From: Candidatus Latescibacterota bacterium
GTDB lineage: Bacteria > JAAXHH01
Length of the DNA: 64,000 bases
Assembly: GCA_022822725.1 (NCBI GenBank)
Contig: JAJEAN010000002.1
Span: 185,705 to 249,704 of the forward strand
Reading direction: 5' to 3'
Position numbers and translations under genes: made by a program. Below are positions 27,703-36,722 of this stretch, in pieces (the first letter of the stretch is position 1; every line of letters starts with the position of its first letter). The notes under the pieces were generated by a model. That model was not told the DNA's origin. It did no database searches and saw nothing but the letters and a program-made list of their open reading frames with translations.

Positions 27703-30051
27703 CTACTCCTCCATGGGCTGTCCAAACGGTATGGACAGGCCGAAAGTAACATTGCGGCCGGGGTTGTCGATGAAGTACCTGTACCGGCTCAGGTAGTCCC
27801 GGTACCGCTGGTTGAACAGGTTGCGAATACCGAATTGCACGCGCACGGGCTGGTCGGCCACGGCGATTTCAGCGCGCAGGCCGAGGTCGAAGATCTCGTA
27901 ACCGGCCGGCGGGTCCGCGTAGTCGATACCTTCGGGAAAGTCGTCCTGTCGCAGGACGAAACGGCCTTCGAGTCCGATGTCGGCGTCCAGGAGCCGTCCG
28001 CCGGTGGGCAGATGGAAACTCAGACCGGCGATGATCCGGGTGGACGGCATCTGGTACAGGGGCTGTCGTTCCTCCGTGTTTCGCCCCCGGACGAAGGAGG
28101 CGGACAGATGAGTGTCGATGTCCGGCGTCAGTTCGTATTCCAGGTACCCGTCGAATCCCTGGATCACCGCGTCGGACTGGACATAGGTGAATTTAGGAAA
28201 CGCGCCCCGTATCGTCAAGACAAGGTCGTCTGCCGGCAGCAGCGTGATGTAGTTTTTGTAATGGGAACGGAAGAGCCCCAGTTCGCCGCGGCCCCGGTCC
28301 CCCTGGTACCGCAAGGTCAGGTCCGTGTTCAGGCTGGATTCCGTGTCTAGCTTCTTGTCCCCGATCTCGAACTGCGCGGTGCCGTGGTGGACGCCGTAGC
28401 TGTATAGTTCGTTTACCCCGGGTGGCCGCCAGGCCCGGCCGACGTTGGCGGCGACGGCCGTGTTCGGGGTCAATTCGTGGATCAGGCCGAGTACACCGGT
28501 CGTGTTGCTGTAGGTGAAAACGCCGCCCTCGACGATCTCGGTGGCACGGCGGCCCGAGTTCGAGTAGATCTCCATCCATCGGTAGTCGTAGCGCAGGCCC
28601 GTCTCCACCGTCGTCTTTCCGCTGGTCCAGGACTCCAGGGCGAACACGCCGGCACTGTAGGCCAGGAAGTCGGGAATCAGGAATCCGGTGCTGAAGCGCC
28701 TGTTTTCCTGGCGTATGCCGCTGACGCCGACTTTTCCGTACCAGTTGCCGAAGTTGCGGTGCTGGAAGATCACGTCGCCGCTGTGCGTCTGCAGTCCCTG
28801 GGAGAACCCGGGCCTTACGATCACACCGCTCCTGGCGTGGGAATCCCACTCCTCCCGACGGTTGTACTGCTGTCCGTACCGAAGTTCGAGATTGCCGCCG
28901 CCGCCCAATCTGATCCGGGAGCGGACAGACAGCAGGTCGTGGTCCACCCGTTGACGCGGATTGTCGATTTCGTAGGTGAAGGATCCCACGATGGAAGGAT
29001 CGCCCTGCTCGATCAACCGCTTCAGGTCGGTGGTGTTGCCGATGTGAGCGCCTTTGAAAATCCCGATCCAGGTACCGAAATGGCTGAAATAGGCCTCCGT
29101 GTCCATCCAGTCCCTTGTCAGGCCCAGCGCCACAGAGTAATCCCGCTCATCGAACCCGGAATTCCGTATGACGTGTTCCGGCGCCCGGGCGTCGCCCGCC
29201 CGGCGCAGGCTGCCCTGGACGCGCCACTTGAGTCCACCCAGCCGCCGCAAAGCGCCCTGCAGGAGCAGAGAACCCGCGCCCTGCCTGTTGTTTGTAAACA
29301 GATTGGTGTTGAGCCGTCCGCCCACGCCAGGGTCTACGGGCAGTGCCGGCGGTTCGATGCGGATTACGCCGCCAATGGCCCCGGCACCGTACTGCACTCC
29401 CGCGGCGCCCTTGAGCACCTCGATGCGGGCCGGCGCAAAGGGGTCGATCTCCGGGGCGTGGTCCCCGCCCCACTGCTGTCCTTCCTGGGTGATGCCGGCA
29501 TTGAGCACCAGCACCCGTGCGCTGTGGACTCCGCGCAGCACGGGCTTCGAAATGGCCGGTCCCATGGTCATCGAGGATACGCCCGGAAGGGATTCCAGCG
29601 TCTCGCCCAGGGTCTGGCCCCGCCGTTCTTCCAGGGCGGAAGGAGGCAGGACCAGGACGGACTGGCTGGACCCGGTGAGTTCGCCCGCCAGGTCCCTTTC
29701 GCCGGTTACGGTGACCTCCTCGCCGAGAAGCGCCTCCCGCTGCATGCTTACTTCAAGCGCATTCAGCTCGGTTTGGGAGACGACCACCTCGCTACGGATC
29801 GTCCTGTAACCGACGAACCGGAACTCGATCGTGTGCCTGCCGTCCGGCACGTTCTCCAGGCGAAAACGGCCTTCCTCGTCGGAGAACGTACCGAGCTCGA
29901 GATCGGGCAGGATAACGGTCACCGCCGGCAATGGCTCCCCGGCCTCGTTCAGCACCTTGCCGCTCACCGTGGCGGCATGCGCCAAGGCCGGCAGGACCAG
30001 GCAGGACACGGCTATCGCCAGCAGGACGCTCAGGGTTTTCGTTGTATTCAC
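27703..30051 (-). CDS. TonB-dependent receptor (ZnuD-like metal uptake class)
   Basis: Signal peptide, CarboxypepD-like domain, KPVLRG, QQWGGDHAPEID, YGVHHGT and PGRN motifs. Confidence 0.9.
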   Translation of the reverse strand: MNTTKTLSVLLAIAVSCLVLPALAHAATVSGKVLNEAGEPLPAVTVILPDLELGTFSDEEGRFRLENVPDGRHTIEFRFVGYRTIRSEVVVSQTELNALEVSMQREALLGEEVTVTGERDLAGELTGSSQSVLVLPPSALEERRGQTLGETLESLPGVSSMTMGPAISKPVLRGVHSARVLVLNAGITQEGQQWGGDHAPEIDPFAPARIEVLKGAAGVQYGAGAIGGVIRIEPPALPVDPGVGGRLNTNLFTNNRQGAGSLLLQGALRRLGGLKWRVQGSLRRAGDARAPEHVIRNSGFDERDYSVALGLTRDWMDTEAYFSHFGTWIGIFKGAHIGNTTDLKRLIEQGDPSIVGSFTYEIDNPRQRVDHDLLSVRSRIRLGGGGNLELRYGQQYNRREEWDSHARSGVIVRPGFSQGLQTHSGDVIFQHRNFGNWYGKVGVSGIRQENRRFSTGFLIPDFLAYSAGVFALESWTSGKTTVETGLRYDYRWMEIYSNSGRRATEIVEGGVFTYSNTTGVLGLIHELTPNTAVAANVGRAWRPPGVNELYSYGVHHGTAQFEIGDKKLDTESSLNTDLTLRYQGDRGRGELGLFRSHYKNYITLLPADDLVLTIRGAFPKFTYVQSDAVIQGFDGYLEYELTPDIDTHLSASFVRGRNTEERQPLYQMPSTRIIAGLSFHLPTGGRLLDADIGLEGRFVLRQDDFPEGIDYADPPAGYEIFDLGLRAEIAVADQPVRVQFGIRNLFNQRYRDYLSRYRYFIDNPGRNVTFGLSIPFGQPMEE

Positions 30052-30078
30052 GGGAAAACCTCAGGCGCGCGATTCCGC

Positions 30079-30128
30079 TTAACGCATTAACGCACCAGGA
30101 CTTCGAATTAACGCACGAGGACTTCGAA
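30079..30128. repeat. 21-bp duplication of the last 6 codons and stop of the His-rich lipoprotein gene
   Basis: ttaacgcaccaggacttcgaa at 30087 and ttaacgcacgaggacttcgaa at 30108, with a partial copy at 30079. Confidence 0.9.
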
Positions 30129-30770
30129 GGTCACGTCAATGTCTGTCTCGTCGCTTCGGGTCACGCCGTCCTTGGGCGCTTCGTCGAAGTGACTCAGTAT
30201 GACTCGTAACTCGCCGTTCTGCGCACTGCCCACAGAAAGCGTAAACGAGAGGCCAACGGGATGATCCGCTCCCGAATTCGTCACATAATCGGATTCCTTG
30301 TCCGCGTATTCTACGGTGGCCATCGAGAATCCCCCGAGGGTTTCAAAGAAGAACTGGTGTGCCTCGGCTTCCTCCTCCACCTCCTCGGTGATGTTCTCCG
30401 GCGGGGTTTCGGACTCGTTCAAAACCTGGATCGTACCGTTGTAATCCGTTTGGGCAGTTACAGCCAGCACATCCACGACCGGTTCGTTGCCGCCTTCGCC
30501 GTCCAGGTCGCGGAACCGTACGGTGATCGGCGATCCCCCGCCACTGGGCGTAAGGGTCACCGCAAGCGTCGTGATGAGTTCTGCTTCACCCGGTCCATGA
30601 TCATGGTCATGGTCGTCGTCATGGTCATCGTCATGATCATCCTCTTCATGTTCGTCATGGTCGTCAGGACCGACCGGATTATCATCATCGGCGCAGGCGA
30701 ACGTCAACGCGGCGGAGACGAATACCGCGGCAGTCAGAATGGAAAGTACGTTCCAGTGATGCCTGAACAT
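30108..30770 (-). CDS. His/Asp-rich lipoprotein, putative metal scavenger
   Basis: Lipobox-like TFAC, DDHDEHEEDDHDDDHDDDHDHDH tract, ELITT, DLDGEGG and EAEAHQFFF; GAGGAG RBS. Confidence 0.85.
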   Translation of the reverse strand: MFRHHWNVLSILTAAVFVSAALTFACADDDNPVGPDDHDEHEEDDHDDDHDDDHDHDHGPGEAELITTLAVTLTPSGGGSPITVRFRDLDGEGGNEPVVDVLAVTAQTDYNGTIQVLNESETPPENITEEVEEEAEAHQFFFETLGGFSMATVEYADKESDYVTNSGADHPVGLSFTLSVGSAQNGELRVILSHFDEAPKDGVTRSDETDIDVTFEVLVR

Positions 30771-30880
30771 ATCGGGCTTCTCCTCAATAGTGTTGAGTGT
30801 TGAATTACTTAGGTTGAAACGATGCTGCTGTAAGCATCGAAGGGCTTCTGTGAATATGCCCGTGTCGACGTTCACGATCT

Positions 30881-30960
30881 GGGCTTGCGCGGCCTCGACC
30901 GGATCGGCGCGACCTCGACCGGACTTGCGCGGCCTCAACCGGGCTTGCACGGCCTCGACC
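30881..30960. repeat. 20-bp tandem array x4 between the leader ORF and the lipoprotein gene
   Basis: gggcttgcgcggcctcgacc-like units at 30881, 30901, 30921 and 30941. Confidence 0.9.
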
Positions 30961-31145
30961 GGCATTGCCGGCTTCAGGACAGGCGCGGCCGACGTCAGGA
31001 CCGGTGCAACCGGTGTCGGTACCTGCGTCAGACCCCACGTCACAGCCGGTATCCGATCTGGACGATATGAATCGGTTCATCTAAAATGGTTCGCGGGCGA
31101 TGCCCAGTGGGTCAGGCGATCGGCCGGAGCCCGCGGAGTGTCGGG

Positions 31146-31415
31146 TCAGGAAAGGGGCGGTGCGCGGTTCTGGTGCTGTGTGTTTCGTGTCTGGGGGTAC
31201 CCGGTTTCAGGCGCGGCGGCCTCGAACCAGACAAGCGCATGGACCGGGAGAGAAGAAAGCGACGCTACGAGCACCGCGTTGGATGCGACGCTGAAAAGGC
31301 AGCCCTGGCACTCGTCAGCATGGGCGACGTCGGGTTCCGGTCCATGGCAGTGATGCGGCGGACTGGTGAAAAACAAGGCAAATACGACGGCGCAGGAAAG
31401 CGTGAGGAGTTTCAT
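31146..31415 (-). CDS. DUF2946-like leader peptide (signal/TM, HHCH, CxxC, C-terminal RAPP)
   Basis: MKLLTLSCAVVFALFF...PHHCHG...ECQGC...QNRAPPLS*. Confidence 0.8.
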   Translation of the reverse strand: MKLLTLSCAVVFALFFTSPPHHCHGPEPDVAHADECQGCLFSVASNAVLVASLSSLPVHALVWFEAAAPETGYPQTRNTQHQNRAPPLS

Positions 31416-31542
31416 GAGAGACCCGTCACCAGATGGCTTGACCTATCAAAGAAATGATACAGCTTCTGCAAAATGCCAGTCATGAAACATGAACGGCGAG
31501 CGCTGTATTGTCAAGCGAATTCTACACCGCCGCAATCCGGAC

Positions 31543-31571
31543 TTGACACGGACATGACCCCTTGTTATTAT
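31543..31571 (+). promoter_or_regulatory. Sigma70 promoter for the ABC (Gld-like) operon
   Basis: TTGACA-17nt-TATTAT with an extended -10 TG. Confidence 0.75.
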
Positions 31572-31663
31572 CCGACGCCGCGAACAAAAGAACGCTAAAA
31601 GTACGCGGACATCTGCTTTTAAACGCAAGAAAAGGAGCGAGAACAGGGGTGTCCGGGAAAACC

Positions 31664-32473
31664 ATGATCGAGGCGAAGGGCCTCAGCAAATACTACGGTT
31701 CCTTCGTTGCCGTACAAGACATCTCCTTTACCATACCCGAGGGCCAGATCGTGGCCTTCCTCGGACCGAACGGCGCGGGCAAGTCCACGACGATGAAGAT
31801 CCTCAGCGGCTACCTGGGCGCCAGCGCGGGCACCGCCGCCGTCGCCGGACTCGACGTCAGGCGGGACCGGTTGGCCATGTCGCGCCGCCTGGGCTACCTG
31901 CCCGAGAACGGTCCGCTGTACCAGAACATGACGCCGCTGGAACTCCTGCGTTTCTTCGGCGAGGCACGGGGGTTGGAAGCCGGTACGCTGACGTCCCGCC
32001 TGGACTACGTCATCGACCGGTGCAGCCTGCGCGAAGCGCTCGAAAAGCCCATAGACAAGCTTTCCCGGGGCAACAAGCAGCGGGTCGGCCTGGCACAGGC
32101 GCTGCTCCACGACCCCGACGTCCTCATCATGGACGAGCCGACCGCCGGGCTCGATCCGAACCAGATTCGTGACTTCCGCCAGGATATCCGTCTGCTCGGC
32201 CAGACCAGGACCATCCTGCTCTCCACCCACATCCTGCAGGAAGTGGACGTCATCGCCGACCGCGTGCTGTTGATCCACGAGGGCCGGCTGGTCTTCGACG
32301 GCATGCCGGAGGAACTGCGCCGGGAGGGCACGCTGGAGGAGTCCTTCTACGCGTTGACCGGGAACGGCCAGACGGCGGCGGATGAAACGGCGCCGGCAGG
32401 GTCGGCCGGCGGCGAACCGGCCGGCAGGAACTCCGCGGATGGGGACACGACGCGCGGGGAGGCCGGAGAATGA
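31664..32473 (+). CDS. ABC transporter ATP-binding protein (GldA-like)
   Basis: GPNGAGKST, LSRGNKQR and DEPTAGLDPNQ motifs. Confidence 0.93.
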   Translation: MIEAKGLSKYYGSFVAVQDISFTIPEGQIVAFLGPNGAGKSTTMKILSGYLGASAGTAAVAGLDVRRDRLAMSRRLGYLPENGPLYQNMTPLELLRFFGEARGLEAGTLTSRLDYVIDRCSLREALEKPIDKLSRGNKQRVGLAQALLHDPDVLIMDEPTAGLDPNQIRDFRQDIRLLGQTRTILLSTHILQEVDVIADRVLLIHEGRLVFDGMPEELRREGTLEESFYALTGNGQTAADETAPAGSAGGEPAGRNSADGDTTRGEAGE

Positions 32474-35232
32474 ACCTCGGCCTGGCAATCCGGATCAACG
32501 CCCAGGTGGTGGGGGCCATCGTACGCAGGGACCTGCGCCTGGCCTTCAGCAACCCCACGGGATACGTCTTCGTTACGCTTTTCATATTCCTGAGCGCGGC
32601 CGCCGCGTTCTGGCAGGTCCCGTTCTTCCTGAACAACCTGGCGAACCTCGACCAGTTGAACGCCGTTTTCCCATACCTGCTGCTCTTCTTCATCCCCGCG
32701 CTGACCATGGGCGTCTGGGCCGAGGAGACCCGGCAGGGAACGGATGAACTGCTGTTTACGCTTCCGGCGACGGACCTGGAGATCGTCCTGGGAAAATTCC
32801 TCGCGGTGCTGGGTGTATACACGGCCGCGCTGGCGCTGTCGCTGACCCACGTGCTGGTCCTGATGTTCCTCGGCAGTCCCGACCTCGGCCTGATGGTGGG
32901 GAACTACCTGGGTTACTGGCTCGCCGGCGCGGCACTCATCGCCGTCGGCATGCTGGCGTCCCTGCTGACGTCGCACGTGACCATCGCCTTCATCCTCGGC
33001 GCGCTGTTCTGCGCCGCCTTCGTACTCGTCGGACCCATCGCCGGCGGGATCAGCGACGGGCTGCGGGACCTCCTTTCGCCCCTGGGCCTGTTTACCGCCT
33101 TCGACGACTTCGCGCGCGGCGTCGTCAGTTTCTCCGGGCTGCTCCATTTCGTCTCCGTCGCCGGTCTGATGCTGTATCTCAACGTGGTGCTGATCGGCCG
33201 TCGCCACTGGCCCGTGCAGGCAGGCGGATACCGGATGGGGATCCACCACGGCGCGAGGGCGGCGGCGCTCGTCGTGGCGGTAATCGGGCTGAACGTCATC
33301 CTCGGCCGGACGGGCGTCCGCCTGGATGTAACCGCCGAAGGGCTTCATTCGCTTTCCGACGAGACCGTGCAGATGTTGTCGGACTTGGACCCGGAGCGTC
33401 CCGTGTTCATCCAGGCCTTCGTGAGTCCGGAGGTGCCCGAGTCCTACGTACAGACCCGTTCGAGCCTGATCGACGTGCTCAAGGAGCTGGACGCCGTGGG
33501 CGGCAGCCGGGTCCAGGTGCGGATCCAGGCCACGGAGATGTACACGCCCGAGGCCCGGGAGGCCCGGGAGCGGTTCGGAATAACCCCCCGCGAACTGCCG
33601 GACCTGCGCAGCGCCCGGTCGGGGTTCACGAACGTCTTCGCCGGGATCGCCGTCACCTGCGGACCCGAGGAAGAGGTGATCGGGTTCCTGGACACGGGAC
33701 TCCCCGTCGAATACGAACTGGTGCGCAGCCTGCGCGTGGCCGCCCGGGCGGACCGGGCGAAACTCGGCATCCTCGCCACGGACGTGCGGCTCTTCGGGGG
33801 ATTCGATTTCAACACCATGCAGAGCCGTCAGCCCTGGGCCATGACCGAAGAGTTGCGCAAGCAGTACGACGTGGTGCAGGTCCAGCCCCAGGAGGATTAT
33901 CCCGATGACCTGGACGCGCTCCTGGTCGCCCTGCCCAACACCCTTACCCAGCCCGAGATGGACCGGCTGTCGGACTACATCGCCTCCGGGAATCCCACGC
34001 TGCTTCTGACGGACCCGCTGCCCTCCTTCAACCTGACCCTATCGCCCTCTGAGCAGAAGGGTGCCAGCGCCAATCCCTTCGCCGGCAACCAGCAACCCGC
34101 TCCCGTGCCGAAGGGCGATATCCAGGGCCTGCTGCGCCGGTTCGGCGTGGAATGGACCACCGGCCTGATCGTATGGGACCGGTACAACCCCCACCCCGCC
34201 ATGGCCCACCTGCCTCCGGAAGTGGTCTTCGCGTCCCCGGGCAACGAGAACCCGGACACCTTCAACCGGGAAGCCGTCAGCACCGCGTCGCTGCAGGAAC
34301 TCGTCTTCATCTTCCCGGGCCGGCTGCAGGATACCGGTTCGGCGGACTTCACGTTCACCCCCCTGGTACAAAGCGGTACCATGTCGGGGCTGACCGCGTA
34401 CTCCCAGCTCGTTCAGCGCAACTTCTTCGGCGGTTCGCAGCTGGTCCTCTCCAATGTCCCGCGGCGCGCAAGCCAGAACGCCTACACGGTGGCAGCCCAC
34501 GTAACGGGCAACGCCGCTGGCCCGGTGGGCGGGGCCGGTAATGAATCCACCGCGGAATCCGCGGCCGGAGCGGTGGACGCTGCCGGAGCGGATGGCGCGG
34601 CCGGAACCGGAGAGAACGTGCCGGTCAACCTGGCCGTCGTGGCCGACGTGGATTTCGCTTCGCAGCAGTTCTTCGACATCCGCCGCATGGGCGCCGCCGG
34701 ACTGCGCTTCGACAACGTCACCTTCTTTCTGAACCTCATGGACGTACTGGTCGGGGACGAGTCCTTCATCGCGCTGCGCAGCAAGCGGGTGCGATACCGC
34801 ACGCTCGAGACCGTCGAAAGGCAGACCCTGGCCTACACGGAGCAGCGGGTCAGGGACGAAGACGCCGCCGAGGAGGAGGCCCAGGCGGCGCTGGACCAGG
34901 CCCGTCGCCGGCTCACGGCCCGCGTGGACGAGGTCCGCCAGCGAACCGACCTGGACGAACAGACCCGGCGGATCATGGTACGAAACCTGGAGGAAGTGGA
35001 GAACCGGCGGTTCGAGACGCTGCAGACCAATATCGAGGCCGAAAAAGAAGCCCGGATACAGGAAAGCAAAGAGATGATGGAAAGCCAGATCAGGCTGATC
35101 CAGAACACCATCAAGAACCTGGCGGCCTTGCTTCCACCCGTGCCGGTCTTCCTCCTGGGCGTATTCATCTTCCTCCGGCGCAGGCGGCGCGAGAACGAAG
35201 CGGCCGCCGCCGCGCGGCGGCTGAGGAGCTGA
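32470..35232 (+). CDS. Fused GldF-like ABC-2 permease and GldG-like domain
   Basis: PALTMGVWAEE..GTDELL, RLDVT..LHSLS and EYEL motifs; C-terminal coiled coil and TM. Confidence 0.88.
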   Translation: MNLGLAIRINAQVVGAIVRRDLRLAFSNPTGYVFVTLFIFLSAAAAFWQVPFFLNNLANLDQLNAVFPYLLLFFIPALTMGVWAEETRQGTDELLFTLPATDLEIVLGKFLAVLGVYTAALALSLTHVLVLMFLGSPDLGLMVGNYLGYWLAGAALIAVGMLASLLTSHVTIAFILGALFCAAFVLVGPIAGGISDGLRDLLSPLGLFTAFDDFARGVVSFSGLLHFVSVAGLMLYLNVVLIGRRHWPVQAGGYRMGIHHGARAAALVVAVIGLNVILGRTGVRLDVTAEGLHSLSDETVQMLSDLDPERPVFIQAFVSPEVPESYVQTRSSLIDVLKELDAVGGSRVQVRIQATEMYTPEAREARERFGITPRELPDLRSARSGFTNVFAGIAVTCGPEEEVIGFLDTGLPVEYELVRSLRVAARADRAKLGILATDVRLFGGFDFNTMQSRQPWAMTEELRKQYDVVQVQPQEDYPDDLDALLVALPNTLTQPEMDRLSDYIASGNPTLLLTDPLPSFNLTLSPSEQKGASANPFAGNQQPAPVPKGDIQGLLRRFGVEWTTGLIVWDRYNPHPAMAHLPPEVVFASPGNENPDTFNREAVSTASLQELVFIFPGRLQDTGSADFTFTPLVQSGTMSGLTAYSQLVQRNFFGGSQLVLSNVPRRASQNAYTVAAHVTGNAAGPVGGAGNESTAESAAGAVDAAGADGAAGTGENVPVNLAVVADVDFASQQFFDIRRMGAAGLRFDNVTFFLNLMDVLVGDESFIALRSKRVRYRTLETVERQTLAYTEQRVRDEDAAEEEAQAALDQARRRLTARVDEVRQRTDLDEQTRRIMVRNLEEVENRRFETLQTNIEAEKEARIQESKEMMESQIRLIQNTIKNLAALLPPVPVFLLGVFIFLRRRRRENEAAAAARRLRS

Positions 35233-35234
35233 TC

Positions 35235-36719
35235 ATGGATGAAACACGCAAGACCCTGGCCTTCGTCGCCGCGGCGGCCGTGGTGACCGCCGCCGCCTTC
35301 CTGGCTGCTCCGGCCGACCCGACGCCGGAAGCGTTCTCGGACCGCGGCGAGGCTTTCTTTCCAGATTTCGTCGATCCGAACGAGGCGGTCTCCCTCGAGG
35401 TAATCGACTTCGACGAAACGACCGGTCGCATCAACGCCTTCAGCGTGGTGTTCAAAGGCACGCGCTGGCGCATCCCCTCCCATCACAACTATCCCGCCGA
35501 CGACAAGGACCGCCTGGCCCGAACGGCCGCAGGGCTCATCGAGGTCCGCAAGGACGACGTGGTCGCCGAGATCGCCGCGGACCACGAAGCGCTGGGCGTG
35601 GTGGACCCGCTGGACGAGTCGGTCGCCTCCCTGTCCGGACGCGGCAAGCGCGTAACGATCAAGGACGGGAACGACAACCTGCTCGCCGATCTCATCGTCG
35701 GCAGGAACGTACCGGGGCGTGAAGGCCAATACCGCTACCTCCGGGTGCCCGGACAGAAGCGGACCTACGCGGCACGGTTCGACGTGGACGTCTCTTCCCG
35801 GTTCGGCGACTGGATCGAAAAAGACCTGCTGGAAGTGGACCAGGCGCGTATCGACCAGGTGATTCTGAAAGACTACTCCATAGACGAAGGCACCCGCCTG
35901 CTGGACCAGCGCGACACGATCGTGCTGTCGCGAGGGGACCCCGACTGGACGGCCAACCGCTTGCGGACCGGGCAGAAGGTGGACGGGGTGAAGATGGAAG
36001 ACCTGCTCAAGGCCCTGGACGAGCTGACCATCGTGGGCGTCCGGCCCAAGCCCGCCGGCCTTTCCAGGAGCCTGGAAGACAACGACGAAGGCATCAGCAT
36101 CACCCGCGGCGATATGGCCTCGCTGCAGCAGAAGGGCTACTACTTCACGGGGGACGGCCAGCTGGTCTCCAACGAAGGCGAGACCGAGGTCCGCACGGAG
36201 GACGGGGTCATCTACACGCTGCGTTTCGGGGAGATCGTGTACGGTGCCGGAGACGAGGTCACGGCCGGCATGACCAACTCGGACGGGACTGGTTCGGGAG
36301 CGGCCGGTTCGGGTGCTGCCGGATTGGGCGGGAACGCCGGCTCGGGCGCTGCCGGCTCGGGCGCGACCGGCGGTTTCGGCAGTTTCGGTGCCGGCGGCTT
36401 CGATGCCGGAGGCCCCGCGGGACCGGGCGAGAACAGGTATCTGTTCATCACGACCGGGTTCGACGCCAGCCTCTTGCCGGAACCGGCCCGGCCCGCCGAC
36501 CTGGGGTTCCAGGCCCGGGCGGACTCCCTCTGGACCGATGCCGACCGGACCAATGCCGATCTCCACGAAAAACACGAGACCTGGCGGCAGCGCGTCGATA
36601 CGGGACGCCGGATTTCCGCCGACCTGAACACCCGTTTCGCCCAGTGGTACTACGTGATATCCGCGGAGAGCTTCGACCGGATACGCCTGAGGCGCGCAGA
36701 CCTGGTAACCTCCGAGTAG
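35235..36719 (+). CDS. DUF4340 domain protein
   Basis: N-terminal TM, WRIPSHHNYPAD and WYYVIS; position after the GldG-like gene; Gly/Ser/Ala-rich insert. Confidence 0.8.
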   Translation: MDETRKTLAFVAAAAVVTAAAFLAAPADPTPEAFSDRGEAFFPDFVDPNEAVSLEVIDFDETTGRINAFSVVFKGTRWRIPSHHNYPADDKDRLARTAAGLIEVRKDDVVAEIAADHEALGVVDPLDESVASLSGRGKRVTIKDGNDNLLADLIVGRNVPGREGQYRYLRVPGQKRTYAARFDVDVSSRFGDWIEKDLLEVDQARIDQVILKDYSIDEGTRLLDQRDTIVLSRGDPDWTANRLRTGQKVDGVKMEDLLKALDELTIVGVRPKPAGLSRSLEDNDEGISITRGDMASLQQKGYYFTGDGQLVSNEGETEVRTEDGVIYTLRFGEIVYGAGDEVTAGMTNSDGTGSGAAGSGAAGLGGNAGSGAAGSGATGGFGSFGAGGFDAGGPAGPGENRYLFITTGFDASLLPEPARPADLGFQARADSLWTDADRTNADLHEKHETWRQRVDTGRRISADLNTRFAQWYYVISAESFDRIRLRRADLVTSE

Positions 36720-36722
36720 AAG

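Noticed and set aside
30771-31043. N-terminal extension of the His-rich lipoprotein
   Set aside because: It merely reads through the repeat array. The RBS and signal peptide start at 30770.
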